A stretch of DNA of 64,000 bases from Octopus vulgaris (taxonomy: Eukaryota). The position numbers were made by a program, and so were the translations under genes. A model generated the notes under the pieces. The model was not told the DNA's origin. It searched no databases and saw only the letters and a program-made list of their open reading frames with translations. Location: assembly GCA_951406725.2 (NCBI GenBank), contig OX597833.1, positions 70,680,001 through 70,744,000 of the forward strand. The letters are read 5' to 3'. This document shows positions 1 to 13,660 of the stretch, piece after piece (position 1 is the stretch's first letter; the number at the start of each line of letters is the position of its first letter).

Positions 1-54
1 TGCATTCGGTGATTACTAATGTGATGAGACTTTTCAAATCTCCTCTCTCTCTTC

Positions 55-91
<37 letters not shown>

Positions 92-769
92 TTACCGTTT
101 CGCAGAATCACTTGTTTTGACTGCTGCACTTCTTTTACATTCCATTTTTTTTCTTTTTCTTTTTCTTTTTTTTTTTTCTCACTGGAATCCAGAAGAAGCC
201 AGTCAGTTCTGTGAGAATGTTGTGGTGTGTCGCGGGTGGAGGGCATATGTAGAATGTAAAATTCAATGTAATGTTTGTAGTTCAGGTCTTATTACTTTGA
301 GAAGCACTCGCTGCTGCTGCTGCTGCTGCTGCTGCCACTGCTGCTACTTATTTTGCCTGTTTCTTTTTCTTTTCCTTTATCCTTTTTTTCTTCTTATATA
401 TTTACTTATTTATTTATTTATTCCTCTGTTGCCAATCTCTCTCTCAGTAATGTCTTTTCAACTACCGTTTCCATTACCGTTTTCGCTACTCTTTGTAATG
501 TTATAACTCACCATGGGGTATATGAATTAATTATGCCTATATATATATATATAACTAGATTAGTGTGTGTATGTGTGTGTGTGTATGTATATATATATAT
601 ATATATGTGTGTGTTTGTGTGTGTATGTATATAATTTTCCATGCTGGTGTAAATAGGATGGTTCAACAGAATTCAAAGGGTTGGAGGACCACATCTTCAA
701 AACCCATTTTTGGTGTAGTTATGCATATATATGCATGTATATATGTATGTATACGAATGTGTGTGTGTC

Positions 770-1014
770 TATATATATATCAAAGAATGTATGTATATAT
801 ATATATGTCATATCTATATATATATATCAAAGAATGTATGTATATATATATATATATATATGTCATATCTATATATATATATATCAAAGAATGTATGTAT
901 ATATATATATGTCATATCTATATATATATATATATATATCAAAGAATGTATGTATATATATATGTCATATATATAAAAGAATGTATGTATATATATATAT
1001 GTCTATATATATAT
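770..1014. repeat. Minisatellite, about 4 units of caaagaatgtatg(ta)n-tgtcatatc(ta)n
   Basis: The unit recurs at about 781, 828, 885 and 940, with a partial copy near 976. Confidence 0.9.
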
Positions 1015-1128
1015 AATGTGAGGTATACTTGCCATCTCAATATGGCTAACCACTAAGGGTGAGTGTTACTGTAGCTTGTAGCCCCAGGAGTGGTTAGCCA
1101 TATTGAGATAGCTAGTATATCTCACATT
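1015..1128. repeat. Fold-back element: 40-bp inverted arms and 34-nt spacer, abutting (TA)n
   Basis: 1015-1054 is the near-perfect reverse complement of 1089-1128. Confidence 0.85.
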
Positions 1129-3310
1129 GTCGTGCAGTTACTGTTTACATCTCGTTCATATCATCATCATCATCATTGTTTAACATTCTCCTTCCATGCT
1201 GGCATGGGTTGAACAGTTTGCCAGGCGCTGGCCAGGCAGGAGCCTGCGCCATGCTTCTATGTCTGTTTTGCCATGGTTTCTATTGACTGGATGCCCTTCC
1301 TAACACCAACCACTCCATAGAGTGGTGGGCTGAGTGGTTTTTAGGTGGCACTCACACAGTTTACCAGACAAAGAATTTTTGAGTGGGGAGGGGGCATTGG
1401 AGGAGGTGATCTTGTGTCATGATCATCATCATCATCATCGTTTAGCGTCCGCTTTCCATGCTAGTATGGGTTGGACGGTTCAACTGGGGTCTGGGAAGCC
1501 AGAAGGCTGCACCAGGCCCAGTCTGATCTGGCAATGTTTCTACGGCTGGATGCCCTTCCTAACGCCATGATATGTATAAGAATGTGTGTACATCTGTGTG
1601 TGTGTGTTTAGCATTTACTCTAAAATGTTAGAGATTATAACTGTCTCCCTTCTTCACTTGAACGAACGTGCAGTTGTACCGATCCATAGACCATGACCAT
1701 CACTGCTCACTCTTCGGATTCCTTTGCCAGAGTTTATTCTGTTGCAGTAATTTCAACCAGGTGCAGGAATGGGTGTGTTGTTAAGATCCTATTGCAGCCA
1801 CAGAGTTCATGGTTCAAACCCACTGCACATCACCTTCAGGAAATCTACTCCAGCCCAGGGCTAAACAATTCCTTGTGAGGGAATTTGGTTTTTGGAAACT
1901 GTATTACAGCCAGTGATTGTGTGTGTTGCACACCATTTGGCAACTGGTGTTTGTTTGTTTATGTTCCTCTGACTATGCAACTCAGCAAAAAGAGACCAAC
2001 AAAAATAAGTATCCAACTCAGAAAACACGCATACTGTGATTAATTAGATTATAGGCGAAGGCGTGGCTGTGTGGTAAGAAGCTTACTTGCCAACCACATG
2101 GTTCTTTGTTCAGTCCCACGATGTGGCACCTTGGGCAAGTGTCCTCTACATAGTCTTGGGCCAACCAAAGGCTTGTGAGTGGATTTGGTAGATGGAAATT
2201 GGAAGAAGCTCATTGCGTGTGTTTGACCTCCAGCACTGTTTGGCAACCGGTGTTGGTGTGTTTACATCCCCACAACTGCAGCTCAACAAAAAGACTGACA
2301 GAATAAGTACCAGGCTTTTTAAAAAAAATTCTTCAAGGCAGCTGCTCCAACATGGGCCACAGTCTAATCCCTGAAACAAATTAAAAAGAAAAAGGTAGCC
2401 CTTCAAGGTTGTTCTCCAGCTTTCTTCCCCTCACAAACTTTTCCCTGCAAATATTCAAACTGGGCATCAACCCCTTCAATGTCGCCCTGTCTATGAGGCC
2501 CTGAAAAAAGTGAAGGGCTTTCACCTCTTTCTTCTGATTGTCATCAAAGTAAATCCATCATTAAAAATAGCATGGAAGTCTTGAAGTGCAGCAGAGTTGA
2601 ATGAGGCCCCAACTGGGTCACACTTGTGACCCTTGGGGTCAGTCTCTCAAAATGATTTTGGAGTGAGTCTAAATATATATACTTGATAATATAATTAATC
2701 ATTTTTAGTTGTTTGGCAAATGCTAAACAGCTACCCCTTACCCGCTCTCAGTCCATCCGTCCGTCTGTCTGTTTGTCTGTCTGTCTCTATCTCTCTTTGT
2801 CACTCACACACACACAGCCATTTTCTAAATAATTAATTAAACTTTTTAGGTAACATAAAGACCTTCACCATCAATCTGCTGAATTATTTGTTAAAAACAA
2901 TTTAATATTCTTTAATTAATTTAACATTCTTTAATTAAAACCATTATTTTGCATCCTTTTTCCTTCACAAATTAGACTGTTTTGTTGTTGGTGGTGGTGT
3001 TGTTAGTATTAGTTTGTTGCTGCGGTTGGATGCCTCCATTTTTACTGCAAACCAGTGAACTGTGACCGTTAAAGAGGTTTTACATAATTGCAAAAATCGG
3101 TTTTTGTGGCAAAATTTACACAGGTTAAACATTTAATATACTAAAAGGTTTCAGGTGTATTCTTTACAACAGCAGACAATTTTTCCAGTCCTGGGGATCA
3201 CGTGCATAACAGAACACAATAAAGGGCATATATGCATACAATGCATATATTTTAAGGTGACCCCCTTTCAGTCATGAGTGTATTCTTTAGCACAAGTCCA
3301 GGCAAGGTTA

Positions 3311-3735
3311 CTCTTTTACTCTTTTACTTGTTTCAGTCATTTGACTGCGGCCATGCTGAGCACCGCCTTTAATTGAGCAAATCGACCCCGGAACTTATTC
3401 TTATTTTTTGTAAGCCCAGTACTTATTCTATCGGTCTCTTTTGCCGAACCGCTAAGTAACGGGGTCATAAACACACCAGCATCAGTTGTCAAGCAATGCT
3501 AGGGGGACAAACACAGACACACAAACACACACACGCGTATACATATATATATATATATATATACATATATACGACAGGCTTCTTTCAGTTTCCGTCTACC
3601 AAATCCACTCACAAGGCATTGGTCAGCCCGGGGCTATAGCAGAAGACACTTGCCCAAGGTGCCACGCAGTGGGACTGAACCCGGAACCATGTGGTTGGTT
3701 AGCAAGCTACTTACCACCCAGCCACTCCTGCGCCT
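3311..3735 (-). mobile_element. tRNA-derived CORE-type SINE (family A), full length
   Basis: Head ggcgcaggagtggc...ggttccgggttcagtcccactgcgtggcaccttgggcaagtgtc (tRNA box B then CORE-like), internal (TA/TG)n, (GAGTAAAA)n tail. Other copies at about 2054-2392+, 3952-4330+, 4777-5152+, 6183-6580+, 8165-8560-, 31470-31765+, 43779-43960+, 45274-45525+, 62180-62350-. Confidence 0.85.
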
Positions 3736-5419
3736 GGTTGTTTGTGGAAGATTCACAAAGATTCAAATAATAGTGAGTAAATATTGGATAGAAAAAGCCG
3801 GAAGCAGCCTTCGAGTTTTTCTCTACGAATGGGTTTTTCATCAGTATTTACCTGCTATTATCTATGACTTTATTTGCTTCATGGTTCACTGACCCCTAAA
3901 AAAGAATTCACATTCCTCAAGTTTTTAAATTCCTGCGATGTTAATATATATGCGCAGCATGGCTGTGTGGTAAGAAGCTTGCTTCCCAACCACATGGTTC
4001 CAGGTTCAGTCCCACTGCATGGGACCTTGAGCCAGCGTTTTCTACAACAGCCTCGGTCCGACTAAAGTCTTGTGAGTGCATTTGGTAGACGGAAACTGAA
4101 AGAAGCCCATTATGTGTGTGTGTATGTGTTTATCACTCTACCACCACTGCTTCACAACCAGTGTTGGTTTGTTTATGTCCCTGCAAGTTAGCATTTCAAC
4201 AAAACAGACAGATTAAATATTGGTCTTTAAAAACAAACCCCATTAGTCAATTTGTTCCACTTAAAACCCTTCAAGCTGGTGCTCCAGCTTGGTCACACTC
4301 CAATGATTGAAACAAGTAAAAGATTAAAAAAAAATAACTCTCGTTATTACAATATTTATTGCTTTTGGTTATAGCAAAGTAATTAATTCCCTGATGCACT
4401 TTTGTCGTTAACCCAGTTTGTTTCAAACCCATCTCTGCAATTACATCCAAAGCAATCAGTGCCTGTAATTTAATTTAATTTGATTTCATTAACAAGAAAT
4501 GTAAATTGAAATAATTAACATTTCATGTAAATTCAGTTTCCAGCAACATGGAAATTTATTAAAAAAAAGAAAAATTAAAATTTTTAATCATTCCAGCGAG
4601 CACTTTGTGCCATCAATTCCTGTACAGAATTCAGCATGTGGGGTGAGGCAGGGGCCTGGCATTTCACCCTTTGCCATTTAAACCATCCATATCCAGACCA
4701 AATGTTCTGTTTTATATTCAAGCCAACTGGATCTCGCCTCTCACACTTGCCCTACAATGCTCTTCTAAGAATAATTTGGCATGGCTGTGTGGTAAGAAGC
4801 TTGCTTCCCAACCACTTGGTTCTGGGTTCAATCCCACTGCGTAGCACCCTGTGAGTGGATTTGGTGATTTGGTAGGTGGAAACTGAACGAAGCCTGTTGT
4901 ATGTGTGTATGTATGTATGTGTGTGTGTGTGTGTGTGTCTTTGTTTGTCCCCACCGCCACAGCTTGACAACCAGTGTCGGTGTATTTGCATCCCCTTAAC
5001 TTGGCAGTTCACCAAAAGAGACCAACAGAATAAGTACCAGGCTAAAACAACTACGTCCTGGGGGGGGGGTCAATTCATTTGACTAAAAATTCTTCAAGGC
5101 AGTGCCCCAGCATGGCCACAGTCTAAATGACTTAAATAAACAGATAAAAAAAAAAAGTCCAATTACATCATTGAAATCTCGAGGCCACAAGATGACTGAT
5201 GACTAATTGAAAATGATGCGAATGAATAAACATGAGTGATTTGAATGGTGGAGGGTTAAGATGCGGATGGAGTTGTTGGTTTGGTTTTTTATGGTTGATT
5301 GATGAATTATTGTTTGTGATGATGAATTTCTAAGAATGGGAAATCTCAGCATGTTTCCCATTCTCTTTCGGAATTGTTCTGTTAATCTGGAAAAAAGGGG
5401 GAATCGGTGACTTGGCTGC

Positions 5420-5876
5420 ATTATCGTCATCATCATCATTGTCATCGTCCTCACTACTCCCACCACCTTTGTCATCACCTTCAAGGTCACCACTGTCACT
5501 TACGCCGTCATGACTGCTACTACTGATATCATTATAGACGTCGTCATCACCCCCATGGCCATCATCATCATCATCATCACTGATGTCATCACCACCATGG
5601 ACATCATCATCATCATCGTCATTATCATCATCGTCATTATCATCATCGTCATCATCATCGTCATCATCATCATCATCGTCATCATCATCGTCGTCATCAT
5701 CATTACTGATGTCATCACCACCATGGACATCATCATCATCGTCATTATCATCATCGTCATTATCATCATCGTCATTATCATCATCGTTGTCGTCGTCATC
5801 ATCATTGTCATTATCATCGTTGTCATCATTATCATCATCGTCATCACCATCATCACTACTGACATCATTATTATCA
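5420..5876. repeat. Compound (CAT/CGT)n microsatellite with an internal duplication of about 126 bp
   Basis: tgatgtcatcaccaccatggacatc occurs at 5581 and 5707; source of the poly-D/M/I/S ORFs. Confidence 0.95.
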
Positions 5877-6984
5877 TTTCTGGTAAATGAATGTTTTGTC
5901 ATGAAAGCTTTGTCCTGTGGTTAGACATTTCCCTCCTCAGAAAATAAATCCTGGTTTAAGAAATCCATCAAATGGGTTGGATGGTGAGGAAGTGGAGAAA
6001 TGCTTAGCGGTATTTCATCTGCCGTTACGTTCTGAGTTCAAATTCCGCCGTGGTCGACTTTGCCTTTCATCCTTTTGGGGTCAATAAATTAAGTACCAGT
6101 TACGCACTGGGGTCAATGCAATCGACTTAATCCCTTTGTCTGTCTCGTCAATGTTTAGCCCCTTGTGGACCATAAAGAAATAAGAAGTTTGCTTCTCAAC
6201 CACATGGTTCTAGGTTCAATCCTACTACATGGCGTCTTGGGTAATTATCTTTTATTATAGCCACAGGCTGACTAAAGCCTTGTGAGTGGATTTGGTAGAC
6301 AGAAACTGAAAGAAGCAAGTCATATGTGTGTTTGCCTGTCTTTGCATCTGTGTTTGTCTCCCACCACCACCACCACTTGACAACTGGTGTTGGTTTGTTT
6401 GCATCCTTTAAGTTAATGATTCGTTTAGAGAGACCAATAAAATAAATGCCAGACTTTAAAAAAAAATAAATGAAAAAAAATAAAGGAAGTCCTGAAGTTG
6501 ATTCATTTAAACTAAAATTCTTCAGAGTGGTGCCCCAGCATGGCCACGGTCCTAATGACTAAATGAAACAAGATAAAAGATATCTTGGAGTACATGCTTT
6601 GAAGTGTCACAGGTTAATCAGGCTGTTCATGTTTAACAAACGTGTTCTTGTTTATGTTCACCGGGAAAATCTATTCAGGTTCAACAAGGACGTTCAAGGT
6701 GAACAGAGAACGTTGAGGCTTTACGAAAATATATTCAAAGTTAACAAACGTCCCGTGTGAGAATGTCCCAACAATGCTTCTAGATTGTACTGTTGCTAGT
6801 TTCTGGAATATGCCTATGTCGAGGCAATTTAATCAAAAGATAATTATTGTAATTAAAGCTAAATAGCCTCAGATAAATAAATATCTTTGTTCTACACACA
6901 AACACTGGTTCTGCTGTTCCATTTGTTTGTGCTTTTACTGCCCATTTAGCCTGACATTATTATTATTATTATTATTATTATTAT

Positions 6985-7340
6985 GTTTTTTCCTTCTTTC
7001 TTCAAATTTTCTTCCGTTTCTCGCCGAGTGTCTTCCCTACACCTAGGGCAGAGAAGGGCATTGTATGCATTCCCAGATTACACGCGCACATTCACAGATA
7101 AAATATGTATTTGAAAATTAATAAATAAATAAATTCATGAATGGATGTTGTTTTCACAGCAATAATGCTCTTCTCAGTTCATGAGCCGTTCCAGTTAACA
7201 TGACTTTTTTGCACTTTCCTGTAGGGATAGTAAGCCTGGTATCATTTTCAAATAGGTTTCAGTACCTTTTTTTATCATTCCTAGAGATCCTACAATCACT
7301 GGTACTGTAGTCGCCTTGAGATGTCACATTTTTTCAATTT
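6985..7340 (-). mobile_element. 3' fragment of an R4/Dong-like (RLE) non-LTR retrotransposon in (TAA)n
   Basis: Minus strand reads IEKM*HLKATTVPVIVGSLGMIKKG...LTGTAHELRRAL, typical of the R4-clade C-terminus; flanked on both sides by (ATT)n. Confidence 0.7.
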
Positions 7341-7707
7341 ATTATTATTATTATTATCATTATTATTATTATTATGATGGTGAGCTGTCAGAATCATTAG
7401 CACGCTGGGCGAAATGCTTAGCAGTATTTCGCCCGTTGCTAGGTTCTGAGTAAAGAAAAAAGAGATAGAATGAGAGAAAACGAAAGGGAGATCTAGAGGG
7501 TGGCAAGTGCCAGGGTATACCCTTGAGGTTCAAACGCCATAATATAAGTGGCAAGATATTGCGAAGGAAGTGTGATTAAAGAGGACGGAGTGAGTGACAA
7601 AAACCTGGGTATATATAGAGCCATTGGGGCTTAAACTTATTCACTGCTACAAATATAAATACATAAATATACATACCTTTATACTAACATGTAACAAGGC
7701 AGTTTAA

Positions 7708-7929
7708 CCCTTTCGTTACCATATTTCTGTTGAGATGCTCTGTGTTTCTTTTAATTGATTTTAAATATAACAAAGAATTTAGTAAAATAACTTGGTTATC
7801 ATTCAGCTAGTGTCAGGAACATAAATTGTGACTAAGGTTTGGTGGAAGATTTTAATTCAAAACTTTTGAAAACAAGACATTTGTATTACAGAGCCAGAGG
7901 TGGTTTCAGCTGGATTGGTATCAAAAGGG
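7708..7929. mobile_element. piggyBac-like MITE
   Basis: TTAA (7704-7707), TIRs CCCTTTCGTTACC ... GGTATCAAAAGGG, TTAA (7930-7933). Confidence 0.8.
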
Positions 7930-8719
7930 TTAAAAAATAATGACCTGTCTGAATATGTCTGTAAGTGTGAAAGAAGTAATTTTTGTAGTCTGAGGCAGAA
8001 AATCTCTTCAGTTATCTTGTGTGCAACCTGTTTATAAAAACTTGCAATCTCCATTGGTAAATAGAACATCTTTGCTGTTGTGGTGATTTCTGTTTATCAC
8101 TTAACGAAGATTAACGAACAGGGTTGTTCTTGTGGTCTTGGAATGAGTCTAAGTATTCTTCTTGTATTTTGTTTGTTTCAATCATTGGGCCACGGCCATT
8201 CTGGGGCACCACCTTCAAGGGTTTAGTCGAACAAATTGGTCTCTGTTCTTATTCTCTTTAAGTCTGGAATTTATTTTGTCAGTCTCTGTTGTGAAACTGT
8301 TAAGTTACCAGCTATAATAAGACAGAAGACAACAACACTAGTTGTCAGATGGTGTGGGGACACACAGACAAGCTCTCCATACAAGTACACACACACACAC
8401 ACACAATGAGCTTCTACACAGTTTCCATCTACCAAATTCACTCACAATGCATTGGTTGGCCTAGGGCTATAGAAGAAGACATTTGCCCAAGGTGCCATGC
8501 CCTGGTACTGAACCTGAAACCATGGGGCTAGACAGCAAGCTTCCTTACCACACAGCTATGCCAACGTTTTCATCTTCTTTCATTCATTCATTATTTCTAT
8601 TTCCTTCTTTTTTCTGTTTAGACAGAAATTGTCTCAAAAGAATACGTCCTGCTTTCTCCTGTTGTAGCCATTTCTTACACCAAAATGAATCTCTTGTTGT
8701 TGTTATCAATTGTATTCTC

Positions 8720-9015
8720 CAGCCATCCGAACGTGGCAGTTGTCAGCGCCGCCTGACTGGCGTCCGTGTCAGTGACACGTAAAAGCACCAACCGATCATG
8801 GCCATTTGCCAGCCTCATCTGGCCCCTGTGCCGGTGGCACGTAAAAAGCACCCACTACACTCATGGAGTGGTTGGCGTTAGGAAGGGCATCCAGCTGTAG
8901 AAACACTGCCAGATCAGACTGGTGCCTGGTGCAGCCTCCTGGCTTCCCAGACCCCGGTCGAACCATCCAACCCATGCTAGCATGGAAAACGGACGTTAAA
9001 CGATGATGATGATGA
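8720..9015 (+). mobile_element. SINE family C (V-domain-like core GGCGTTAGGAAGGGCATCCAGCTGTAGAAA, (GAT)n tail)
   Basis: Conserved 3' end ccatgctagcatggaaaacggacgttaaacgatgatgat. Other copies at about 1420-1568-, 16370-16692+, 18533-18882-, 23231-23380-, 26045-26388+, 32133-32465-, 37470-37792-, 46971-47135-, 60555-60877+, 62465-62712+. Confidence 0.8.
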
Positions 9016-9704
9016 ACCATACTAAGTCTACTGCTCAATGCAACCTCAGCACATTGTTGCTGGTTGTAACCCCATCTTTCTATGTTATCCAACTGTGGCT
9101 TAGAAAGTGGGACCACATGGTTGGGTGATTAGTCCTAACCATTGCCATTATCATCTTTTAGCATCCATTTTTCCATGCTGTCATGGGTTGGTCGACTTGA
9201 CAGGATCTGACGGGTCTGAAGACTGCATCACATTACCAATGTCTTCTTTGGCATTGTTTCTATAGCTAGACACCCTTCCTGACACCAATCACTTTACAAT
9301 ATGCGCTGGGTACTTTTTTTCAGGGTACCAACACCAGTGAGGAGGTCATGCAGCTCTCAAGGCTATGATCTTCCCATCACCTGAGTGGGGGCTGCTCCCT
9401 TGCACTTTGTGACAAAAGCTAGGAAAAATAGTAAAATTGGTGCATGTGAGAGGGGGCTAACCCTTTAATTCTGGGGCTAAATTACAGCCGCATTCGTACT
9501 AAACCAGGACTGCCATGTTATATTGGCAAATAATCTTTACCCTTTAATTCTCCTTGGAGATTGCAATCAGGACTGTTCACCAGCCGAGGGTGTTAAGTGG
9601 ACAGTGTCTTGCAGTGTTCCTGATTCTCTGTGAGTGGTGCTTCCTACACCAAAGTGGTTGCCTTCCATTTCATATTTTAACACATCTAGTATGAAATGTT
9701 TTGA

Positions 9705-10140
9705 ATGTGGCTGTGTGGTAAGTAGCTTGCTTACCAACCACATGGTTCCGGGTTCAGTCCCACTGCGTGGCACCTTGGGCAAGTGTCTTCTACTATAGCC
9801 TTGGGCCGACCAAAGCTTATTGAGTGGATTTGGTAGACAGGAAACTGAAAGAAGCCCGTCGTATATATGTATATATATATATATATATGTATTATATATA
9901 TATATATGTGTGTGTGTGTGTTTGTGTGTTTGTGTGTCTGTCCCCCTAGCATTGCTTGACAACCGATGCTGGTGTGTTTACGTCCCCGTTACTTAGCGGT
10001 TCGGCAAAAGAGACCGATAGAATAAGTACTGGGCTTACAAAAGAATAAGTCCCGGGGTCGAGTTGCTCGACTAAAAGGCGATGCTCCAGCATGGCCGCAG
10101 TCAAAAGATTGAAACAAGTAAAAAAGTAAAGAGTAAGAGT
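9705..10140 (+). mobile_element. CORE-type SINE family A, near full length
   Basis: Highly similar to 22794-23218 and to the reverse complement of 21466-21896. Confidence 0.85.
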
Positions 10141-11629
10141 ATTTTATGAGACCCTTCTAGTCAGTAAACAATGGATTATTGTTAATATTCAGCTTGAAGA
10201 AATGCTGTTAAGCATTTTGTATGGCATACTAACAATTCTGCCAACTTGCTGCCACAACAATAATAATAATAATAATAACCTTTTTAGTTTAGAGCAAATT
10301 AGATTCTCCGACCCACCCATTAAAAAACCTAACTTTTTATTTTTCAAATATCTTTTTGTGGCAGTGTTTCTTTTCTTTTTTGGTTTTTTTTTTTGCATAT
10401 CTTTAAATTATTTTTCCTTTCCTTTTTATTCTTCTATCTACTACTCAAGTCGGAGTTATTTTTATTTGATAATTATAGATTTCAACATTCCTCTCTGTTT
10501 TAAAGTCTACGTACTTATTTTTAGGAAAGGAATTTTAAATTATACCTTTGCCGAGATAAAAAAAAGTTTTTCTGGTGTAGGTTAGGATGGTGCACAGGTG
10601 GAAGAACCAAACAGTTGCAGCAAATAATAGGTAGGAAAAATACTTAAGCAAGAGCTTACCTGGAGCAGTGTCCATACAAACAGAACTGTGTTCCTCAACA
10701 CAAGCACGGAGGTGGCTGTGGGGTAACAAGTTTACTGCCCAACCACAGGGTTTCCGGTTCAGGACTAATGTCAGTCACATGAATCGACCCCAGGACTTTT
10801 TACTTTTTAACCTAGTTCTTTTATTTTATCGGTGTCTGTTGTTGAACTGCTAAGTTATGGGAGTGTAAACACACCAACACCAGCTGTGTAGTGGTGGTGA
10901 GGACAAACACAGACACACACACATACGTACATGCATTCATATATATATATTCTATTTTTTCAGTCATTTGACTGCGACCATGCTGGAGTACCGCCTTTAG
11001 TCGAACAAATCGACCCTAACCCTAATCCTGGGGTCGATTTGTTCAACTAAGGGCAGTACTCCAGCATTCAATAATGTGATCCTAGATGCACTGTTCCCAG
11101 AAGAAAAATAAAAACTGAATGATTGCAGCCAGAACACCGTTGATAATAGGTCTGTTCTGTCCGGGCTGACCTAGGGCTAAACAACAGCAGCAACAATCAC
11201 ACAATCACTCAGTCTTGCCGCTTAGTTTGGAATTAAAGAAATAATCCTTTGTAGCAGCAACAAGAGAAAGACCATTATTGTCAGGAACTGCTCTGTGTGT
11301 GTGTGTTGTGACTGACATTAAGTGCAGCAGCTTTTTTGGTAAAGACTTAATTCACGTTTCAATCAGTCACTGAATTGTTCCCATTGTTCCGCGAATTGTC
11401 CGACCCATGCCGGCATGGGAAATGGACGTTAAATGATGCTGATGACAGTGACGATGATGATTTCAGTTTTGATGCCAGGATGAGATGATAAAAACAAGAT
11501 AAAAGATTCAAGCTACAGAACGCGAAGATGATGTACTTGACATAGTTCCCTCGATTCCAAGAATCTATTTTTACCTTTGTGCCTGATAACCTGTTTTTTT
11601 TTTGTTTTTTGGGGGCGGGGGGGTGTCTA

Positions 11630-12380
11630 CTGGCACAAGGCCTGAAATTTTTGGAAGAGGAGTGTTAGGGGTTTACATTGCCCCTGTGGAATGAACTGCT
11701 ACTTATTTTATTGACCCTGAAAAGACGAAAGACAAGGTCAACCTCAGCTGAATTTGAACCCAGAACACAGAGATGAAGCATTTCGTCCACTCTGCTAATG
11801 GTTCTACCCGGTCACTGCCTTCTTTCTCTGTGATAGATACAGAGTTCACTTGTGATTAATAATAATAATAATGCCAATAATGGTTTTGAATTTTGGCACA
11901 GGGCCAGTAGTTTTTTGAGGGGAGGGGTAAGTTGATTACAATGACCCCATTGCTCGACTGACACTTATTTTATGAACTCCTAAAGGGCGAAAGGCAAAGA
12001 TGACCTCAGCAGAATTTGAACCCAGAAGGTAAAAAGACGGATGAAATACCACTTAGCATTTTGTCTAGTGTGCTGACAATTCTACCAGCTTGCTGCCTTA
12101 ATAATAATAATAATAATATTAATAATAATATTAATAATAATAATAATAATAATTGTTTCTAATTGAGGTACAGTGCCTGAAATTTTGTAGGGAGTGGGCT
12201 GGTTGATTACACTGACCCCGGTACTTAACTGGTCCTTTATTTTATTGATCCTGGAGGAATGAAGGGCAACTTGACCTGAGTGGGACTTGAACTCAGAAAC
12301 ATAAGGATTCATAACTAGAAGCTGCAAAGCATTTTATCTGAAGCTTTAATGATTCTGCCAATCGGCCACTTCTGCCTTAA
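11630..12380 (-). mobile_element. Three tandem degenerate family B SINEs (Nin/Deu-domain-like)
   Basis: Three repeats of the ggtactt...gaccc-gaaagga-gaaaggcaaag-gacctc...gaatttgaac motif, separated by (AAT)n. Confidence 0.7.
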
Positions 12381-12426
12381 TAATAATATTAATGATGATG
12401 ATGATGATTTAAATATATATTTTCAA

Positions 12427-12905
12427 CCGGCTTCCATGCCAGGGGCACATAAAAAGGCACCATTCAAGTGTGATCATTACCAGCGTCGCCTTAGTGGCAC
12501 TTGTGCCTGTGCTAGTAGGGTGCCAAGAGCACCATCCGAGCGTGATCATTGCCAGAGCAGCCAACTGGCTTCCGTGCCAGTGGCACGTAAAAGGGCACCA
12601 TTCGAGCGTGATCGTTACGAACGTCGCCTTACTGGCACCTGTGCCGGTGGCATGTGTAAAAAGATTCGAGCGAGGTCATTGCCAGTACCGCCTGACTGGC
12701 CCCCGTGCCAGTGGCACGTAAAAAGCACCCACTGCACTCTCGGAGTGGTTGGCGTTAGGAAGGGCATCCAGCTGTAGAAACTCTGCCAGATCAAGATTGG
12801 AGCCTGGTGCAGCCATCTGGTTTCTCAGCCCTCAGTCAAAACCGTCCAACCCATGCTAGCATGGAAAGCAGACATTTAACGATGATGATGATGATGATGA
12901 TGATA
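12427..12905 (+). mobile_element. SINE family C with internal tandem subrepeats
   Basis: Repeated units of about 60 bp (gcacc-ttcgagcgtgatc...ctggc...gtgcc-gtggca) ahead of the conserved 3' part. Confidence 0.8.
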
Positions 12906-13260
12906 GTGAAAACCTAGAAAATATATAGACTGAAATTGATTGTATACATACATATGTCTGTGAAATTGAAAATGAAGACGCAACTATAAGACACTACTTA
13001 TTATTGTTAATTTGTCATAAAACCAAAAACTGCAATGAAGAAATTAGTGGAAGTCGTTAATGAGATTCTGTGTTTTGAGCTTATTTTAATCTGTATCATT
13101 AAAAGATGCTGGATATGGTTCCTTTTAATTTTTTTTTTTTTTTCTTGAAGTGTCCACTGATAACACTCGTAATTACAGTAAAAGCATTAAGTCTTTTGTT
13201 ACCATATTTCTATAGAAATCCACTGCTTTTGTTTCAATTCGTTTTTAAAATTATAAAGAA

Positions 13261-13660
13261 CTAGCAGTATCGCCCGGCGTTGCTCGGATTTGTAAGGGAA
13301 ATAACTATATAAGCATTTTTAGAGAGTTATAGCCAAAAAATAGCAAAAAAATGCATTAAAAATGGGAAAAAAATGATGGTAAATTTTTTTTTAAATCGTT
13401 GACTCATCGTAGACATTTTTAGAGAGTTACTTCCCTTATATAATAGCGAAAAAAATGCATTAAAATGGAAAAAAATTATGGTAAATTTTTTTTTTTAATC
13501 GTAGACTCATCGTAGACACGCGCTAATACCCAGAAGGGCTTGATATGAATCACGACTATAAGATACCCAGTTTTGGTTAAACTGCACCGCAAAATGTGGG
13601 AGTAGTTAGGAATCTAAATCGTAGGAGACAGACACACAACTTCACTTTTATATATAAAGA
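13261..13660 (-). mobile_element. Non-autonomous Helitron (400 bp)
   Basis: Minus strand starts TC and ends with a ccgagcaacgccggg hairpin then CTAG; inserted between A and T with no TSD; near-identical copy at 24765-25162. Confidence 0.85.

Noticed and set aside
9-1056. ORFs of 80-165 aa at the window start, including a poly-Cys stretch
   Set aside because: Translations of (CT)n, (CTG)n, T-rich and (TA/TG)n repeats; no domain signal.
3486-3892. Recurrent peptides such as CPRCHAVGLNPEPCGW and LDALPNANHS in many ORFs, resembling a gene family
   Set aside because: Chance translations of SINE families A and C; frames differ between copies.
5203-5924. Poly-Asp/Met/Ile/Ser ORFs up to 190 aa
   Set aside because: (CAT)n microsatellite open in several frames on both strands.
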